The notes under the pieces were generated by a model, which saw only the letters and a program-made list of their open reading frames with translations, was not told the origin of the DNA and did not search any database. A stretch of DNA of 64,000 bases from a virus: IMG/VR virus record IMGVR_UViG_3300048014_000057, positions 32,001 to 96,000 of that record. One strand, 5' to 3'. Positions 19,784-30,277 of the stretch are shown here, piece by piece (position 1 is the stretch's first letter; the number at the start of each line of letters is the position of its first letter). The translations under genes were made by a program, and so were the position numbers.

Positions 19784-19857
19784 AAACTCTATTATTTATC
19801 TAATGTAGATAACCAAAAAGTATTAAAATTAAAATAATTATTATAACTAAAGTTATA

Positions 19858-20178
19858 TTATTCATTTAAATCTTCTCCCAAAGCTGTAAGATAAAGATCA
19901 AGTAATTCTTGTTCTTCTTCTCTTTCTTCCCGATCTTTTTTACGAAGTTTTAAAATAATTTTGACAATTTTTGCATCAAAACCAACACCTTTAACTTCTG
20001 TAAATACTTCTTTAATTTGTTCTGAAATATCTTTCTTTTGTTCTTCTAAGTTTTCAATTCTTTTGATAAAATCTAGAAGTGCCTCACTATTAAGTGTTGA
20101 TGCAGATTTAATTGTCTCTTCCTCCTTAATATCTTCCCTAAGAGCATTTTCTAAATCTGAGGATGTTGTATATGACAT
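19858..20178 (-). CDS. gapR: GapR-like nucleoid-associated protein (DUF2312)
   Basis: [44 protein letters not shown]...LLDLY..ALG. Confidence 0.93.
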   Translation of the reverse strand: MSYTTSSDLENALREDIKEEETIKSASTLNSEALLDFIKRIENLEEQKKDISEQIKEVFTEVKGVGFDAKIVKIILKLRKKDREEREEEQELLDLYLTALGEDLNE

Positions 20179-20525
20179 TTTTTTTCTCCTTTATAATAAA
20201 TTTTAAAGTTTCTGGATAGATTTCAGAATATTCCCAATAATTTATAAAAGTGTCATTTATGTTATAGATATATTTTTTAAATATCCATTCTAACCAAATA
20301 TATTTTCCATTTTTTAATCTAACAGGATACCATGCAAACCAAATATATCCATTGGTATTTCTTGTATATTCTTCATAATAAGTTTTTCCAAATTTCATTT
20401 TATGTCTCTAACGTTGAGGTTTAACAAATACCAGAGAATTATCCTCAAGTCTATAAATATCCCATCCAGGATATTTTTTCTTAAATTCTGCAAAAAATTT
20501 AATATCTATTTGTGCTAAGACTTTT

Positions 20526-21527
20526 TTAATCATTTAATTGATATTCTTTCTTAATCCATTCATTAATATTTGTTTCTTTAAATAAAGTTGTCCAAAATAC
20601 ATCATCATTTTCTATTTCTTTTCTTTTAAAGTCAACTCCTAATTTATCAGAACGAGAAAATTTTTGTGCGGTAACTTTTGTTAGATATCCAGCTTCTAAG
20701 GCTAAATCAAACATACCCGACCATTTTTGAATTCCACCATCAAAATCTACTGTAATAGGTACTTTAGAACCTTCTCTAACAAATCTAGATTTTTCTATTC
20801 GAATGGTAAAATTATATCCTAATAATTCTTTATCGGCATCTTTATTTTGAGATTTTGAAATAATCCAAATTATATTTGCTCCATAAATTCCACCAGAACC
20901 TCCTGATACTATCTCTTTAGAATATAAATCTAAAGTATCATAGGTATGATTAATAGCAATTACATAAATATCTTTTAATGCTACTCTTGGTCCAATCATT
21001 CTAAATAATGATTTCATTTTTTTAGAACGTGTTAAATCGACTGTTCCTTTACCTTCTTTGGCATCTGTAATTTCTTTAATAGAGGCAAGATTACCCAAAG
21101 AATCAATAAGAATTAATAATTTATCACCCTTTTCAACAGAATCAATTTGATTAACAATGTCAGAATTTAATTGATCTAAATCAACTACAGGAGTATGAAC
21201 AATATTTTCCACATTTAATTTATTAAAATAACTTTCTGGTGTACCAAATTCAGAATCATAGAAAAGAACAGCCCCTTGTGGAAATTTAGAAATAAACGTA
21301 TTTGTTAATTCAATGGCAAATTTTGATTTAAAATGTTTAGATTTTGCAGCAATTTGTAATATACCAGGAGGCATTCCACCTTCCAAAGCATCACCAGTCA
21401 AAGCAATATTAAGGCAAGGATAAGGAGTTGTAAGTAATTTTTTTTGTTCAAACACTTTAGAATTTTTTAAAGTGGAAGTTTCTTTAATAGTTGAATTTTT
21501 TAATAAACGTTCTGATAGAGATACCAA
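20526..21527 (-). CDS. uvsX: RecA-like recombinase UvsX
   Basis: SKHFKS, LFYDSEFG, IDSLGNLAS.KE, KSLFR, NHTY, SGGSG, EKSRFVRE. Confidence 0.95.
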   Translation of the reverse strand: MVSLSERLLKNSTIKETSTLKNSKVFEQKKLLTTPYPCLNIALTGDALEGGMPPGILQIAAKSKHFKSKFAIELTNTFISKFPQGAVLFYDSEFGTPESYFNKLNVENIVHTPVVDLDQLNSDIVNQIDSVEKGDKLLILIDSLGNLASIKEITDAKEGKGTVDLTRSKKMKSLFRMIGPRVALKDIYVIAINHTYDTLDLYSKEIVSGGSGGIYGANIIWIISKSQNKDADKELLGYNFTIRIEKSRFVREGSKVPITVDFDGGIQKWSGMFDLALEAGYLTKVTAQKFSRSDKLGVDFKRKEIENDDVFWTTLFKETNINEWIKKEYQLND

Positions 21528-21545
21528 TTAATTTTCCTTTTCTTA

Positions 21546-22349
21546 TTATTCTAAAATTTTATCATCAAAAGTGAATGTATCATCTTTTCTAGGAATAAAC
21601 AAGTTTTTTTTCTTAATCTGAGAAAATGAAAATTGTGATGCTATCAATAATACAAGAGCAAGAGGATCAAAAACAAAAATAATAATAGAAATTATATATC
21701 TTACTGTTTCTTCTAATTGTTCTTTGTTAGAATTACCAAAAAACATTTTAGAGATATAAAGCAATGGTCCAAAACGAGAATCTATTACAGCATTAGAATT
21801 ATCTGTATTAATTTTATTAATTTTAAGATTTTCTATAATTTCCATATGTTTATTTTTTTCATCAAGTAAAGAATCTCTTGTTTTTTTTTGAATACTTCCT
21901 TGTTGGATAGAAGTTAAAACTTTACCTTGTTGTATTAATTTAGCAAGAGAATTATCTATTTGTAAAATTTGAGAATCAATATCTTTTATTATTGAATTTT
22001 CATTTTCTATTTTAGATTGTATAATTTCTATTTGTGATGTTTGAGAATTATTAATAATTTCTTGCTGAATATGAGCATTAGAAAGAAATCCGAAAATTCC
22101 AATAGAATTAACGAACATCAAAATAAGAATAGAAATTACAAGATATGTTTTAACAAGAAATGGAGAATGCCAATTTTTATGTAGAAAAATAACAGATGCA
22201 ACTTTTCCTAACTCTAAAATCACGCCCATGATAATAACAGGAATCACAGCACCAGGAAATATCGTGGTAAGACCAGTTATTGAAAAAAAGGCCGAAACAC
22301 AAGAAATAGAAAGAGCTATAATAAGTGTTAAAATTCCTATTAAAATTAT
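21546..22349 (-). CDS. conserved membrane/coiled-coil protein of T4-like phages
   Basis: LELGK, SIGIFGFLS.AH, IIFVFDPLA; frame stays open upstream of GTG 22247 (IILIGILTLIIALSISCVSAFFSITGL) to ATA/ATT at 22349/22346. Confidence 0.7.
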   Translation of the reverse strand: MILIGILTLIIALSISCVSAFFSITGLTTIFPGAVIPVIIMGVILELGKVASVIFLHKNWHSPFLVKTYLVISILILMFVNSIGIFGFLSNAHIQQEIINNSQTSQIEIIQSKIENENSIIKDIDSQILQIDNSLAKLIQQGKVLTSIQQGSIQKKTRDSLLDEKNKHMEIIENLKINKINTDNSNAVIDSRFGPLLYISKMFFGNSNKEQLEETVRYIISIIIFVFDPLALVLLIASQFSFSQIKKKNLFIPRKDDTFTFDDKILE

Positions 22350-22930
22350 TCTATACTCATATTTTTAATGGTTTCATACATATCTAATTTTAAATTTTCA
22401 TATTTTTCTTTTGCTTTTTTAATATCTTCAGCAGTAGGAAGTTTTTTCTTTACAATTTTTTCATTTTCTTTCAATTTTTGTTGTTCAATACAAGAAACAA
22501 TATTATTAATTTCTTCTTCTGGTATCTCTTCTTCTTCAGTAGGACTTCCAAAGGAAAATTCTAAATCTTTCATAGTTACTTTGGTAATTTCTTTAGTATC
22601 TTGATTATAAAAAGGAATTTCTGTTTCTGGTGTAAATCCAGAAGTCATAAACATAAACATATTTTGACGTAAAAATTCTTGTTTTACATTTATCAATAAT
22701 TCAATTAAATATAAATAATTATTTTTATTTTTTTCTTTTCTAAATTCATTTTCTTCTGTATCACCAATATTTTTAACTCTGGCAACAATAGCCTCAATTA
22801 AATTTTTTTGATCAGAACTTAAATCAATATTAAATTTAAGTTTAGGCGTTGTATTTTCTTCATAATTTTTTTCTTTTTGATATTCTTCTTGATAATCCTG
22901 AAGATCATTCATTATTCTATCAATATTCAT
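22346..22930 (-). CDS. hypothetical protein
   Basis: 194 aa acidic ORF in operon. Confidence 0.55.
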   Translation of the reverse strand: MNIDRIMNDLQDYQEEYQKEKNYEENTTPKLKFNIDLSSDQKNLIEAIVARVKNIGDTEENEFRKEKNKNNYLYLIELLINVKQEFLRQNMFMFMTSGFTPETEIPFYNQDTKEITKVTMKDLEFSFGSPTEEEEIPEEEINNIVSCIEQQKLKENEKIVKKKLPTAEDIKKAKEKYENLKLDMYETIKNMSIE

Positions 22931-23199
22931 TATTCCTCCATATATTTTTGTAATTTATTCATAAGATCAGTGACTTTTTCCGCTCTTGTTGGCCAATAAA
23001 GATAAGGTTTAAGAGGGTCTTGTCTTAAATGCTCAAATAAAGGCCAAAGCATTTTTTTAATACCAATAAGTTTTCTTTGAACATCAGTTAATTGATCTGT
23101 TTTTTTGTTAAGAGCTTCTTTTTCTGCTTTCTTAACATCATCTTCACTCATGGCGTTAAAACCAAAATCCCAAATTAATGTTTCTTCTGTATCGTCCAT
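22930..23199 (-). CDS. conserved T4-like hypothetical protein
   Basis: WDFGF.AMSED...P.K.YLYWP.R. Confidence 0.65.
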   Translation of the reverse strand: MDDTEETLIWDFGFNAMSEDDVKKAEKEALNKKTDQLTDVQRKLIGIKKMLWPLFEHLRQDPLKPYLYWPTRAEKVTDLMNKLQKYMEE

Positions 23200-23409
23200 T
23201 ATTTTTTTCCCTTAAGTTGTAATTTTATATAATCCAAATATCCATCTTTATAATATCTTTTACAATACATTTCATCTGGTAAAGATTTTAAAAATAATCC
23301 CATAAAATGTTCTTCTTCTTCATCCATTAATTCTTTAATATCCCGAAGAACATTTTTTTCTGTTGGTTCTATATAATAATCTTCTGATAATGCTTGGTCT
23401 GAAAAATGA

Positions 23410-23772
23410 TCATTCATTTAATTTATCTATAATCTCCTGAAATTCTTTTGAAAACTTACAATTTTTGGGAGCATCTTTAAACATAGGTGCAATTTGTTCT
23501 TTTGTAAAGCCCGCAAGTCCACATCCAATATCAACAACATTAAAAGTAAGTTCTGGATTATTTATTGCAAAACTAATAAAATTATCCACATAATATTTAA
23601 TTTGTTTTAATGACAAAGAATTTATATTAAAATCTTTGGTAGGAATGGCATAGGAATTTCCTTGTAATCCTACTCCTTGACCATAAATTGCACCATGATA
23701 TTTCCTTGCATGTAAAGCAGAGCCAGCTCCATGAATTCCGGCTTCGTTGCTACCAAATGTGAAGATGTCCAT
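23410..23772 (-). CDS. conserved phage protein with macro-domain-like fold
   Basis: IF.FGSN.AG.HG.G.A, GLQG.SYAIPTK, IGCGLAG. Confidence 0.75.
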   Translation of the reverse strand: MDIFTFGSNEAGIHGAGSALHARKYHGAIYGQGVGLQGNSYAIPTKDFNINSLSLKQIKYYVDNFISFAINNPELTFNVVDIGCGLAGFTKEQIAPMFKDAPKNCKFSKEFQEIIDKLNE

Positions 23773-23812
23773 TTCTATTTCTCCAATTATTACAGATAGT
23801 TACATTGTATTT

Positions 23813-24139
23813 TCATGCAAAATTATTATTAGTTGCAGATGAATTTTCTCTTTTTAATCTAAGATTTTTTAAATCTATAGAAGAATATTTTACAATAGAA
23901 GGGTAATCTTTAATATAAAATCCACTCTTTGTAAAGTCTTTTTTTATTAAATATTTATGAGGATGAATTATTTTTTCATAATTTTCCCCTAAAATAATCC
24001 CTATTTTATCATAGATGTAATCAGAAATTATAGCATCATCCATAATATAATAAAGATATGAATGAATAAGAAAATGCGGAACAGACATATTATGATTTTT
24101 TTCAACTAATTCTAGTACATGATTATCATGATACATCAT
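23813..24139 (-). CDS. stand-alone homolog of NAD-dependent DNA ligase domain Ia
   Basis: HSYLYY..DD.IISD..YD. Confidence 0.65.
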   Translation of the reverse strand: MMYHDNHVLELVEKNHNMSVPHFLIHSYLYYIMDDAIISDYIYDKIGIILGENYEKIIHPHKYLIKKDFTKSGFYIKDYPSIVKYSSIDLKNLRLKRENSSATNNNFA

Positions 24140-24151
24140 TTAGACTAATCC

Positions 24152-26806
24152 TTAAAAAATATCGTCTAAAGTATATTGTTCTTCTGTTGTCCATCCTATA
24201 ATTTTACATAAATCCTTAAGAGGTTTATAAAAAACAGCCTCAAATTGCTTATCATAATCTATGTATTTTTCTATTTCGAATTCTTCTGGTAAATCATCCT
24301 TAGCAGAAATTATAGTATCATGAAAAGGATTTTCTGGAATAAGATAACAATATTTAACTTTATCCGAGTCATATATAGGCTCAATCTTACCTTCCAATCC
24401 ATATTTTACCAAGAGGTTGTTAAATATTAAAGAACCCCTAACTTGGGCAGGAGTACCCTTTTTATATATTAATTTAGGATCGGAATATTCTTTTAGATCA
24501 TTTACAGAAGAAGGTTTACCTATTTCATTAAATTTTAATTTTTTAAATTCTTTACTAAAATTTTCCACAAGTTTATATAATTTTTCATTATCCTTATTCA
24601 TGATAATATTAAAACATTCTTCAAGTTTTTTTCTTGGTATTAGAGGAGTATTGGAACGAACTGTTTCCATACCAGTTACTTTTAATTTTGGTTCCTTATA
24701 AAATACACCTTCATTATAGAGAACATTAAGAATATATCTTTTTTTTCTTTTAAATAAGGCTTTAGGACATATTTTTTCAAGTTTTACGACTGTATTTAAT
24801 TCATATACATTAAGTCTATCACCAAGTTCTTTACAAGTATTATTAATAAAAGGTATAATATCTTTTTCCATTTCCTTTATTAAGAAATTAAGAATATCTT
24901 TTTCATTACTTAAACCTGATTTAATTACACATTCTTTCATATTTAACATTACAGAATCAGTATCACCATAACAAGCATAATCAATGTTTTTAGTATCATA
25001 TTTTTTATTAAGATAATAATTAATTTTTTCTACAATAAACATAGTCGTCATTTGACCAGATGAAGTAATACTTTCCCCAAGATAAGAAGCAAACCACCTA
25101 TTAAAAGGATTTAATAAAGCCCCATAACCTCCATTAGCACAAACTTTCAATGCATTTTGCATATTATTATACTTATTATATAAATTTCTTTTTTCTTTAT
25201 TTTCAGGGTCTTTTTCATATTCTTTTTCAGCTTCAATCATTTTTTTCTTATATATTTTTCTATCATCAAAAAATTTCTTAGTCAAATATGGGAAAAATCC
25301 TCTTTTGTCTTTTCTATAAAGACAACCATTAGGTGTCATAGTAAAATTTTTCTTTTTTAATTGTTCTGTATATTTTGAAATATCTCCAAACATAATATCC
25401 TGAAAAGAAGGTACATTAGAAAATTTTTTCACAAATGTATCAGGAGAAATATTATATTGCATTGCAAGAGAAGGATATAGAGAAGTAAAATCGACAGTAA
25501 CAATCCATTCATAAATACCCGGAACAGGTTCTTTTACATAACCACCAACAACAGTTTTTTCAATATCAGAAACTTTAAGAGGAGGAATAACAATATTTTG
25601 ATCTATAAGATAATTATGGATCATTACATCCCAAGGTTTTACTGTTGTAAGAGCATCCTGAATATTAACTCTTTGAACATAGGCAATAGAAACCATTTGT
25701 TCAATATAATGTAATTTCTCTTCTAATTGTCCAAGTAAAAGAGAATCAAGTATATTATAGTCCGTATATTTCTCAAAATTATTTCTATATAGTTGATCTA
25801 AAGATTTATATTCGGAATAATCTAATTTTTTTCTACCCAATTCAATTTCGGCAATAGTGTTTAATTTGTAATTTTCCTTTTCCCCCATGGAAAATTTCTT
25901 ATAAACTACCATATAATCAAGATGAACTATACCACCAATATCATATGTCTTAAAATTTTTACCATTTTTCCATGTAACTTCTTTTTCGGTAATAAACCCA
26001 AATGGAGAAAGTTTAAGCGCCCATTCTTCTCCCAATAATAAATTTATTCTATTAATAATATAAGGAAGATCATAAAATTCTGAATTATAACCAGTAAGAA
26101 TATCAGGAGACCATTCCTCTGAATTCAAAATTTTAATAAATTTTCTTAGTAATTCCTTTTCATCCTTACATTTAAAATAAATTCTATCCTGATTTACATT
26201 TTTATAATCAAAATATCCTAAAGTAATACTCTTACCTTTTTGAGTAAGAGTAATTTCCGTTATTTCTTTGTTGGCTTTTTGTGGATCACCATATGATTCT
26301 TCTGGATTTCTAAAATAATCAGAATTTTTTACATTTATCCATTCATCTTTTTCTTCATCATATACTTCATAATCTTTATATTTTCTCATTTCATTAATAG
26401 TTACATAAAACTCTTGTTCTTTTTTAATTTTTACTATTTTATGTTCTGAGAATCTAGTCCTTGAAGTCTCAATATCAAATTCAACAACTTTTATTAAAGA
26501 ATAATCAAAATCAAAACCTTCCTTAAAATTATCATAAAGATATACATATTCATAATTTTGCATACCATAAATTTTATGACCAACTATATTTTCATGTTTT
26601 TTTACATAATTATAAGCATTATTAATAGAAGAAAAATCAATTCTTCTTACATTTTCTCCATGAATAGTTTTATATTCAGAATCTTCATTACAAGAAACAA
26701 AAAGATATGGTTCATATTTAATTTCCTTTTCATAGCGTTCTCCATCCTTATAACCTCTTAGGTATAAGATATCTCCACGCTTTTTAATGTAGGTATAAAA
26801 ATTCAT
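24152..26806 (-). CDS. gp43: family B DNA polymerase gp43
   Basis: DIET exo I, GYNSEFYDLPY, DFTSLYPS, K...N..YG, YGDTDS, KKRY. Confidence 0.97.
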   Translation of the reverse strand: MNFYTYIKKRGDILYLRGYKDGERYEKEIKYEPYLFVSCNEDSEYKTIHGENVRRIDFSSINNAYNYVKKHENIVGHKIYGMQNYEYVYLYDNFKEGFDFDYSLIKVVEFDIETSRTRFSEHKIVKIKKEQEFYVTINEMRKYKDYEVYDEEKDEWINVKNSDYFRNPEESYGDPQKANKEITEITLTQKGKSITLGYFDYKNVNQDRIYFKCKDEKELLRKFIKILNSEEWSPDILTGYNSEFYDLPYIINRINLLLGEEWALKLSPFGFITEKEVTWKNGKNFKTYDIGGIVHLDYMVVYKKFSMGEKENYKLNTIAEIELGRKKLDYSEYKSLDQLYRNNFEKYTDYNILDSLLLGQLEEKLHYIEQMVSIAYVQRVNIQDALTTVKPWDVMIHNYLIDQNIVIPPLKVSDIEKTVVGGYVKEPVPGIYEWIVTVDFTSLYPSLAMQYNISPDTFVKKFSNVPSFQDIMFGDISKYTEQLKKKNFTMTPNGCLYRKDKRGFFPYLTKKFFDDRKIYKKKMIEAEKEYEKDPENKEKRNLYNKYNNMQNALKVCANGGYGALLNPFNRWFASYLGESITSSGQMTTMFIVEKINYYLNKKYDTKNIDYACYGDTDSVMLNMKECVIKSGLSNEKDILNFLIKEMEKDIIPFINNTCKELGDRLNVYELNTVVKLEKICPKALFKRKKRYILNVLYNEGVFYKEPKLKVTGMETVRSNTPLIPRKKLEECFNIIMNKDNEKLYKLVENFSKEFKKLKFNEIGKPSSVNDLKEYSDPKLIYKKGTPAQVRGSLIFNNLLVKYGLEGKIEPIYDSDKVKYCYLIPENPFHDTIISAKDDLPEEFEIEKYIDYDKQFEAVFYKPLKDLCKIIGWTTEEQYTLDDIF

Positions 26807-27331
26807 CTACAAACCTTTATATGGTAAATCTCTATAATCGTAACCCTTTTTATAGGCTTTTTTTATAGCCATATCAAATTTTAAACGTGATACAGAGGAC
26901 CAAAAAGGAATTCCATTTAAATGGTCCATTTCATGAAAAAATGTTCTGGCAGTAAGATTAGCAAATGTTTTGGTATAAATTTCTCCATCAGGGGCAGTAA
27001 ACCTTACTCTTACATGCCTTGGTCGTTTAATAGAAAAAATTAAATTGGAAAAAGAAAGACAACTTTCTTCTAATTCTATTATTTCTTCGGAAGGTTGTAC
27101 AATTTTTGGATTAATACAACAAAATGATTCCGGATCACCTTGCATACAAAAAACAGAATAATTTCCTTCTAAATCTAATTGATTGTAGGCTAATCCAATT
27201 CCCTTTTCTTTATACATAAAAGAAACCATGGATTCTGCTAAATCAACAATATCCATTGGAGGATTAGAAAAATCCCATTTCTCTGATTTTTGAAATAATT
27301 TTGTTTTATTTTTTGAATACTCTATTTTCAT
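26807..27331 (-). CDS. def: peptide deformylase
   Basis: GIGLA.NQ, ESCLS, HEMDHLNG. Confidence 0.93.
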   Translation of the reverse strand: MKIEYSKNKTKLFQKSEKWDFSNPPMDIVDLAESMVSFMYKEKGIGLAYNQLDLEGNYSVFCMQGDPESFCCINPKIVQPSEEIIELEESCLSFSNLIFSIKRPRHVRVRFTAPDGEIYTKTFANLTARTFFHEMDHLNGIPFWSSVSRLKFDMAIKKAYKKGYDYRDLPYKGL

Positions 27332-27348
27332 TTAATTCTCCTGTAATA

Positions 27349-27388
27349 AAAAAGGTAAGGAAAAGATTTCTCTCTATCCTTACCTTTT
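27349..27388 (-). terminator. intrinsic terminator upstream of def
   Basis: AAAAGGTAAGG...CCTTACCTTTT stem followed by a U tract on the minus strand. Confidence 0.7.
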
Positions 27389-27633
27389 AGGAGCTATTAA
27401 CTAGCCTCCACCACTCTTTTTTTCTAACTCATAATATTTAAAGAAAAGAGAAACTTTAAATATTAATTCCAATCATCATCACCATATTTACGAATATAGT
27501 CTTTATTTTTCTTTTTTTCTTTACGTTTACCTTTGACATCATCTTTTTTTAAATCTTCAATTTCTTCATAAGGATTTTTTGTTTTTTGTTTCTTTTCATA
27601 ATCTTCACGAGTCTTAAATGTCATAACTTAACC

Positions 27634-27810
27634 TTAATTTTTTCCATATTGGGAATAAACCCCTCTTCTAAGAGAAATATCATAAGCCGTAGACTTAGGA
27701 ATTCCATATTGTCTTTGAATGTCACCAAAAGACAATGGATTTTTCTTTCTTGTCAATACTCTTACTACCAAATCATCACGCTTCTTTTTTGGATCAACTT
27801 TCTTACTCAT
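27634..27810 (-). CDS. small HTH DNA-binding protein, 58 aa, not in ORF track
   Basis: LSFGDIQRQYGIPKSTAYDI helix-turn-helix pattern. Confidence 0.6.
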   Translation of the reverse strand: MSKKVDPKKKRDDLVVRVLTRKKNPLSFGDIQRQYGIPKSTAYDISLRRGVYSQYGKN

Positions 27811-28776
27811 TTTTTAATTATATTCCTTTCTATTATAGAATGTATCTACTAAATTTTTAATATCTTTATCTGCATAATTATATTTTACTATACTAACACA
27901 ACTTTCAAGAAAATCAAGATAATCTTCCTTGGATAAATTATTTTCTAACATTTTTAAAAATGCTGTATATTCATCATTTATTATTTTTTCATTAACTTTT
28001 TTTATATCTTTTATATTAATTATTTGTGCTGACATTATCATTTTTCTTAAAAGTATCTATAGAAGAATTTATCGCATTTTTAAATTCTTCAAATGTTCTA
28101 GAATTTACCATAAAAAAATAAAATATAAAACCCATAAAAATATCTGTACTTTTTTCCAGAATACGAAAAAATTCAACATCACTATTGGCATCTGAAAAAT
28201 CAGAAATAGCTTCGCCAATATCATCAGAAAATTTTAAAGATGATTCTAAATTTATTTTATTTTCCATTTGTTTGATTTCCTACAGTTTCAATTATTGGTT
28301 TAGTTACGGATAAACTTTTAATCGAATTAAAAAAATTACATGCAGCAGATACATTTTCAAATATTCTAATTTTTTCCACTAAATATTGTCCATCCTTAAT
28401 AGTATATATTACTTTATTTTTTTGCATTTTAATACCCTTTCTATATTAAAAAAGGTATATTATCATATTTTTATTAGAATGTCAAATGAAATTCTAGAAT
28501 TTTCCTAAAATATAGAAACAAGAAAAAATTGCAATGAGTATAATATGAGAAAAAAACTTTTTTAAATTATTTCCTTCTAAGAAGGCAACAACAAAATGAT
28601 GACTAATTATAATACCAATAATACATAAAAAAATAAAAATAATAGTTTCTAGCATTTTTTATATCCTTTTTTTTATTATTTTTTTCTCTTTTAATAAATA
28701 ATGGAACAAAAAATAAAATGGTATTACCAGATAATATAGAAAAAATATATTAACAATGGATACAAATTTGGAAAAG

Positions 28777-29340
28777 TTAAATTTTAGAAATAATTTTGTC
28801 ACATAATTTTAATTTTATACATTCATGTGGGGAAAGCCATTTATCTTCTGGTGGTAATAATTTTTCTTCAATTTCTTTTTTAGATAAACCAGTTGCATTT
28901 TCATATATATTATAAATTCTTTTGGTAATTAATTTATGTTCTTTAGATGCTGCTTTTATCTCATAATCTTTACCCTCTGAACCACTAGACCATTGATGCG
29001 AAAGAATAGAAGCATTTTTAAATATATATCTATTACCTTTATTACCCGAAAGAAATAATATCAAACCACAAGAAGCTACCAAACCTGCACCATAGGTATA
29101 AATTGGAATAGGATAGGCATTCATTATATCTATCATGGCAAAACAATCAGAAATTATTCCACCAGGAGAATTTATTATAACTTTTAAATGATTTGGTTTT
29201 GGTTTTCCATTATCATAACAATTTTTTTCTATTATAAATCTTATAAAATATTCCGCCATATTTGAATCTACAATACCATTAAGAAAGCAAATTGAAGAAT
29301 CTTCAATAATATATTGATTTATATCCGCTAAAGTTACCAA
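28777..29340 (-). CDS. clpP: ClpP-like protease
   Basis: INSPGG, G.VASCG (catalytic Ser), R....A.ILSHQ (His), DKWL...E. Confidence 0.88.
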   Translation of the reverse strand: MVTLADINQYIIEDSSICFLNGIVDSNMAEYFIRFIIEKNCYDNGKPKPNHLKVIINSPGGIISDCFAMIDIMNAYPIPIYTYGAGLVASCGLILFLSGNKGNRYIFKNASILSHQWSSGSEGKDYEIKAASKEHKLITKRIYNIYENATGLSKKEIEEKLLPPEDKWLSPHECIKLKLCDKIISKI

Positions 29341-29351
29341 ACATTATCCTT

Positions 29352-29948
29352 TCATTGTTGTAATGGTCCTATTCTTATTTTTTCTGCCCCTATATAATGT
29401 TGGGTTATTGTTTCATCTCCTACTTTTATAACAATAGGTTCTATAGAAGTTTCAATAGGAGTAGGAGTAGGAATAGGAGTTGAATTTACCGATTCTGTAA
29501 CATTATTTACAGATGGTGTTATAGTAACGGGAACTATAGGAACTGTAGTAATTTCGACATTTGAAATAGATACATTATTCGTATTTAAATTAGAAACCAC
29601 CACATTAGAAGTCACGGTAGAAGTTACATTTGTAGTATTTGAAATACTATTTAAAAATTCTTCAAAATCAGAAAAAGTATTGGTAAATCCAGAAGATATT
29701 GTAGAAACAGTAGAAACTACATTTGCAGAATTAATAACCTGATTAGTTACATTTGCAATTGTAGATTCATGTTCTTTAATTTTTAAAAGAAGAGAATTTA
29801 TAAATGTTTTTGACCTAGAAACTAGGGCAGTAGCTCTATTTAATTCTTGTTCTAACACAGAAGGGTCAAACATTTTTTCTCCTTTTATTTTTTCTATTAT
29901 AAAATCTAATTTAGAATTTATGGATTCTATTTCTTTTATTATATTCAA
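29352..29948 (-). CDS. Ser/Thr/Asn/Val-rich protein with possible dual start
   Basis: N-terminus similar to 56322-56714; internal SD plus ATG at 29873. Confidence 0.6.
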   Translation of the reverse strand: MNIIKEIESINSKLDFIIEKIKGEKMFDPSVLEQELNRATALVSRSKTFINSLLLKIKEHESTIANVTNQVINSANVVSTVSTISSGFTNTFSDFEEFLNSISNTTNVTSTVTSNVVVSNLNTNNVSISNVEITTVPIVPVTITPSVNNVTESVNSTPIPTPTPIETSIEPIVIKVGDETITQHYIGAEKIRIGPLQQ

Positions 29949-29977
29949 AATCCATATACCTTCTATTATTTATTATT

Positions 29978-30277
29978 TTACAATTCTGTTTCTACTGTTT
30001 CTTGATTAACATTTCTAATTTTAAATTCAAGAATTGTACTATCAATTCTAAATGACAAAATAAAAAAATTTAAATCAATATAATATTGATTATTATTAGT
30101 TTGGTCACAAAAAATAAAAATAGTACCATTATAGTCTAATTTACTAACAAATTTTTTAAAATGGTCTCTTACTTTTTTTCTTGTTTCTTCGTTATTATTT
30201 TCAAGAAAAACATCATCTGGAAAATACGATTTTACCTCACTTTTGATAAGATTAATTACATTATTTTTATTTAACAA
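29978..30277 (-). CDS. small protein resembling the tail sheath (gp18) C-terminal domain
   Basis: FLENNNEETR...FCDQTNN....ID.N.F compared with sheath FE.ND..TR...VCDETNNT..VIDRNEF. Confidence 0.5.
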   Translation of the reverse strand: MLNKNNVINLIKSEVKSYFPDDVFLENNNEETRKKVRDHFKKFVSKLDYNGTIFIFCDQTNNNQYYIDLNFFILSFRIDSTILEFKIRNVNQETVETEL

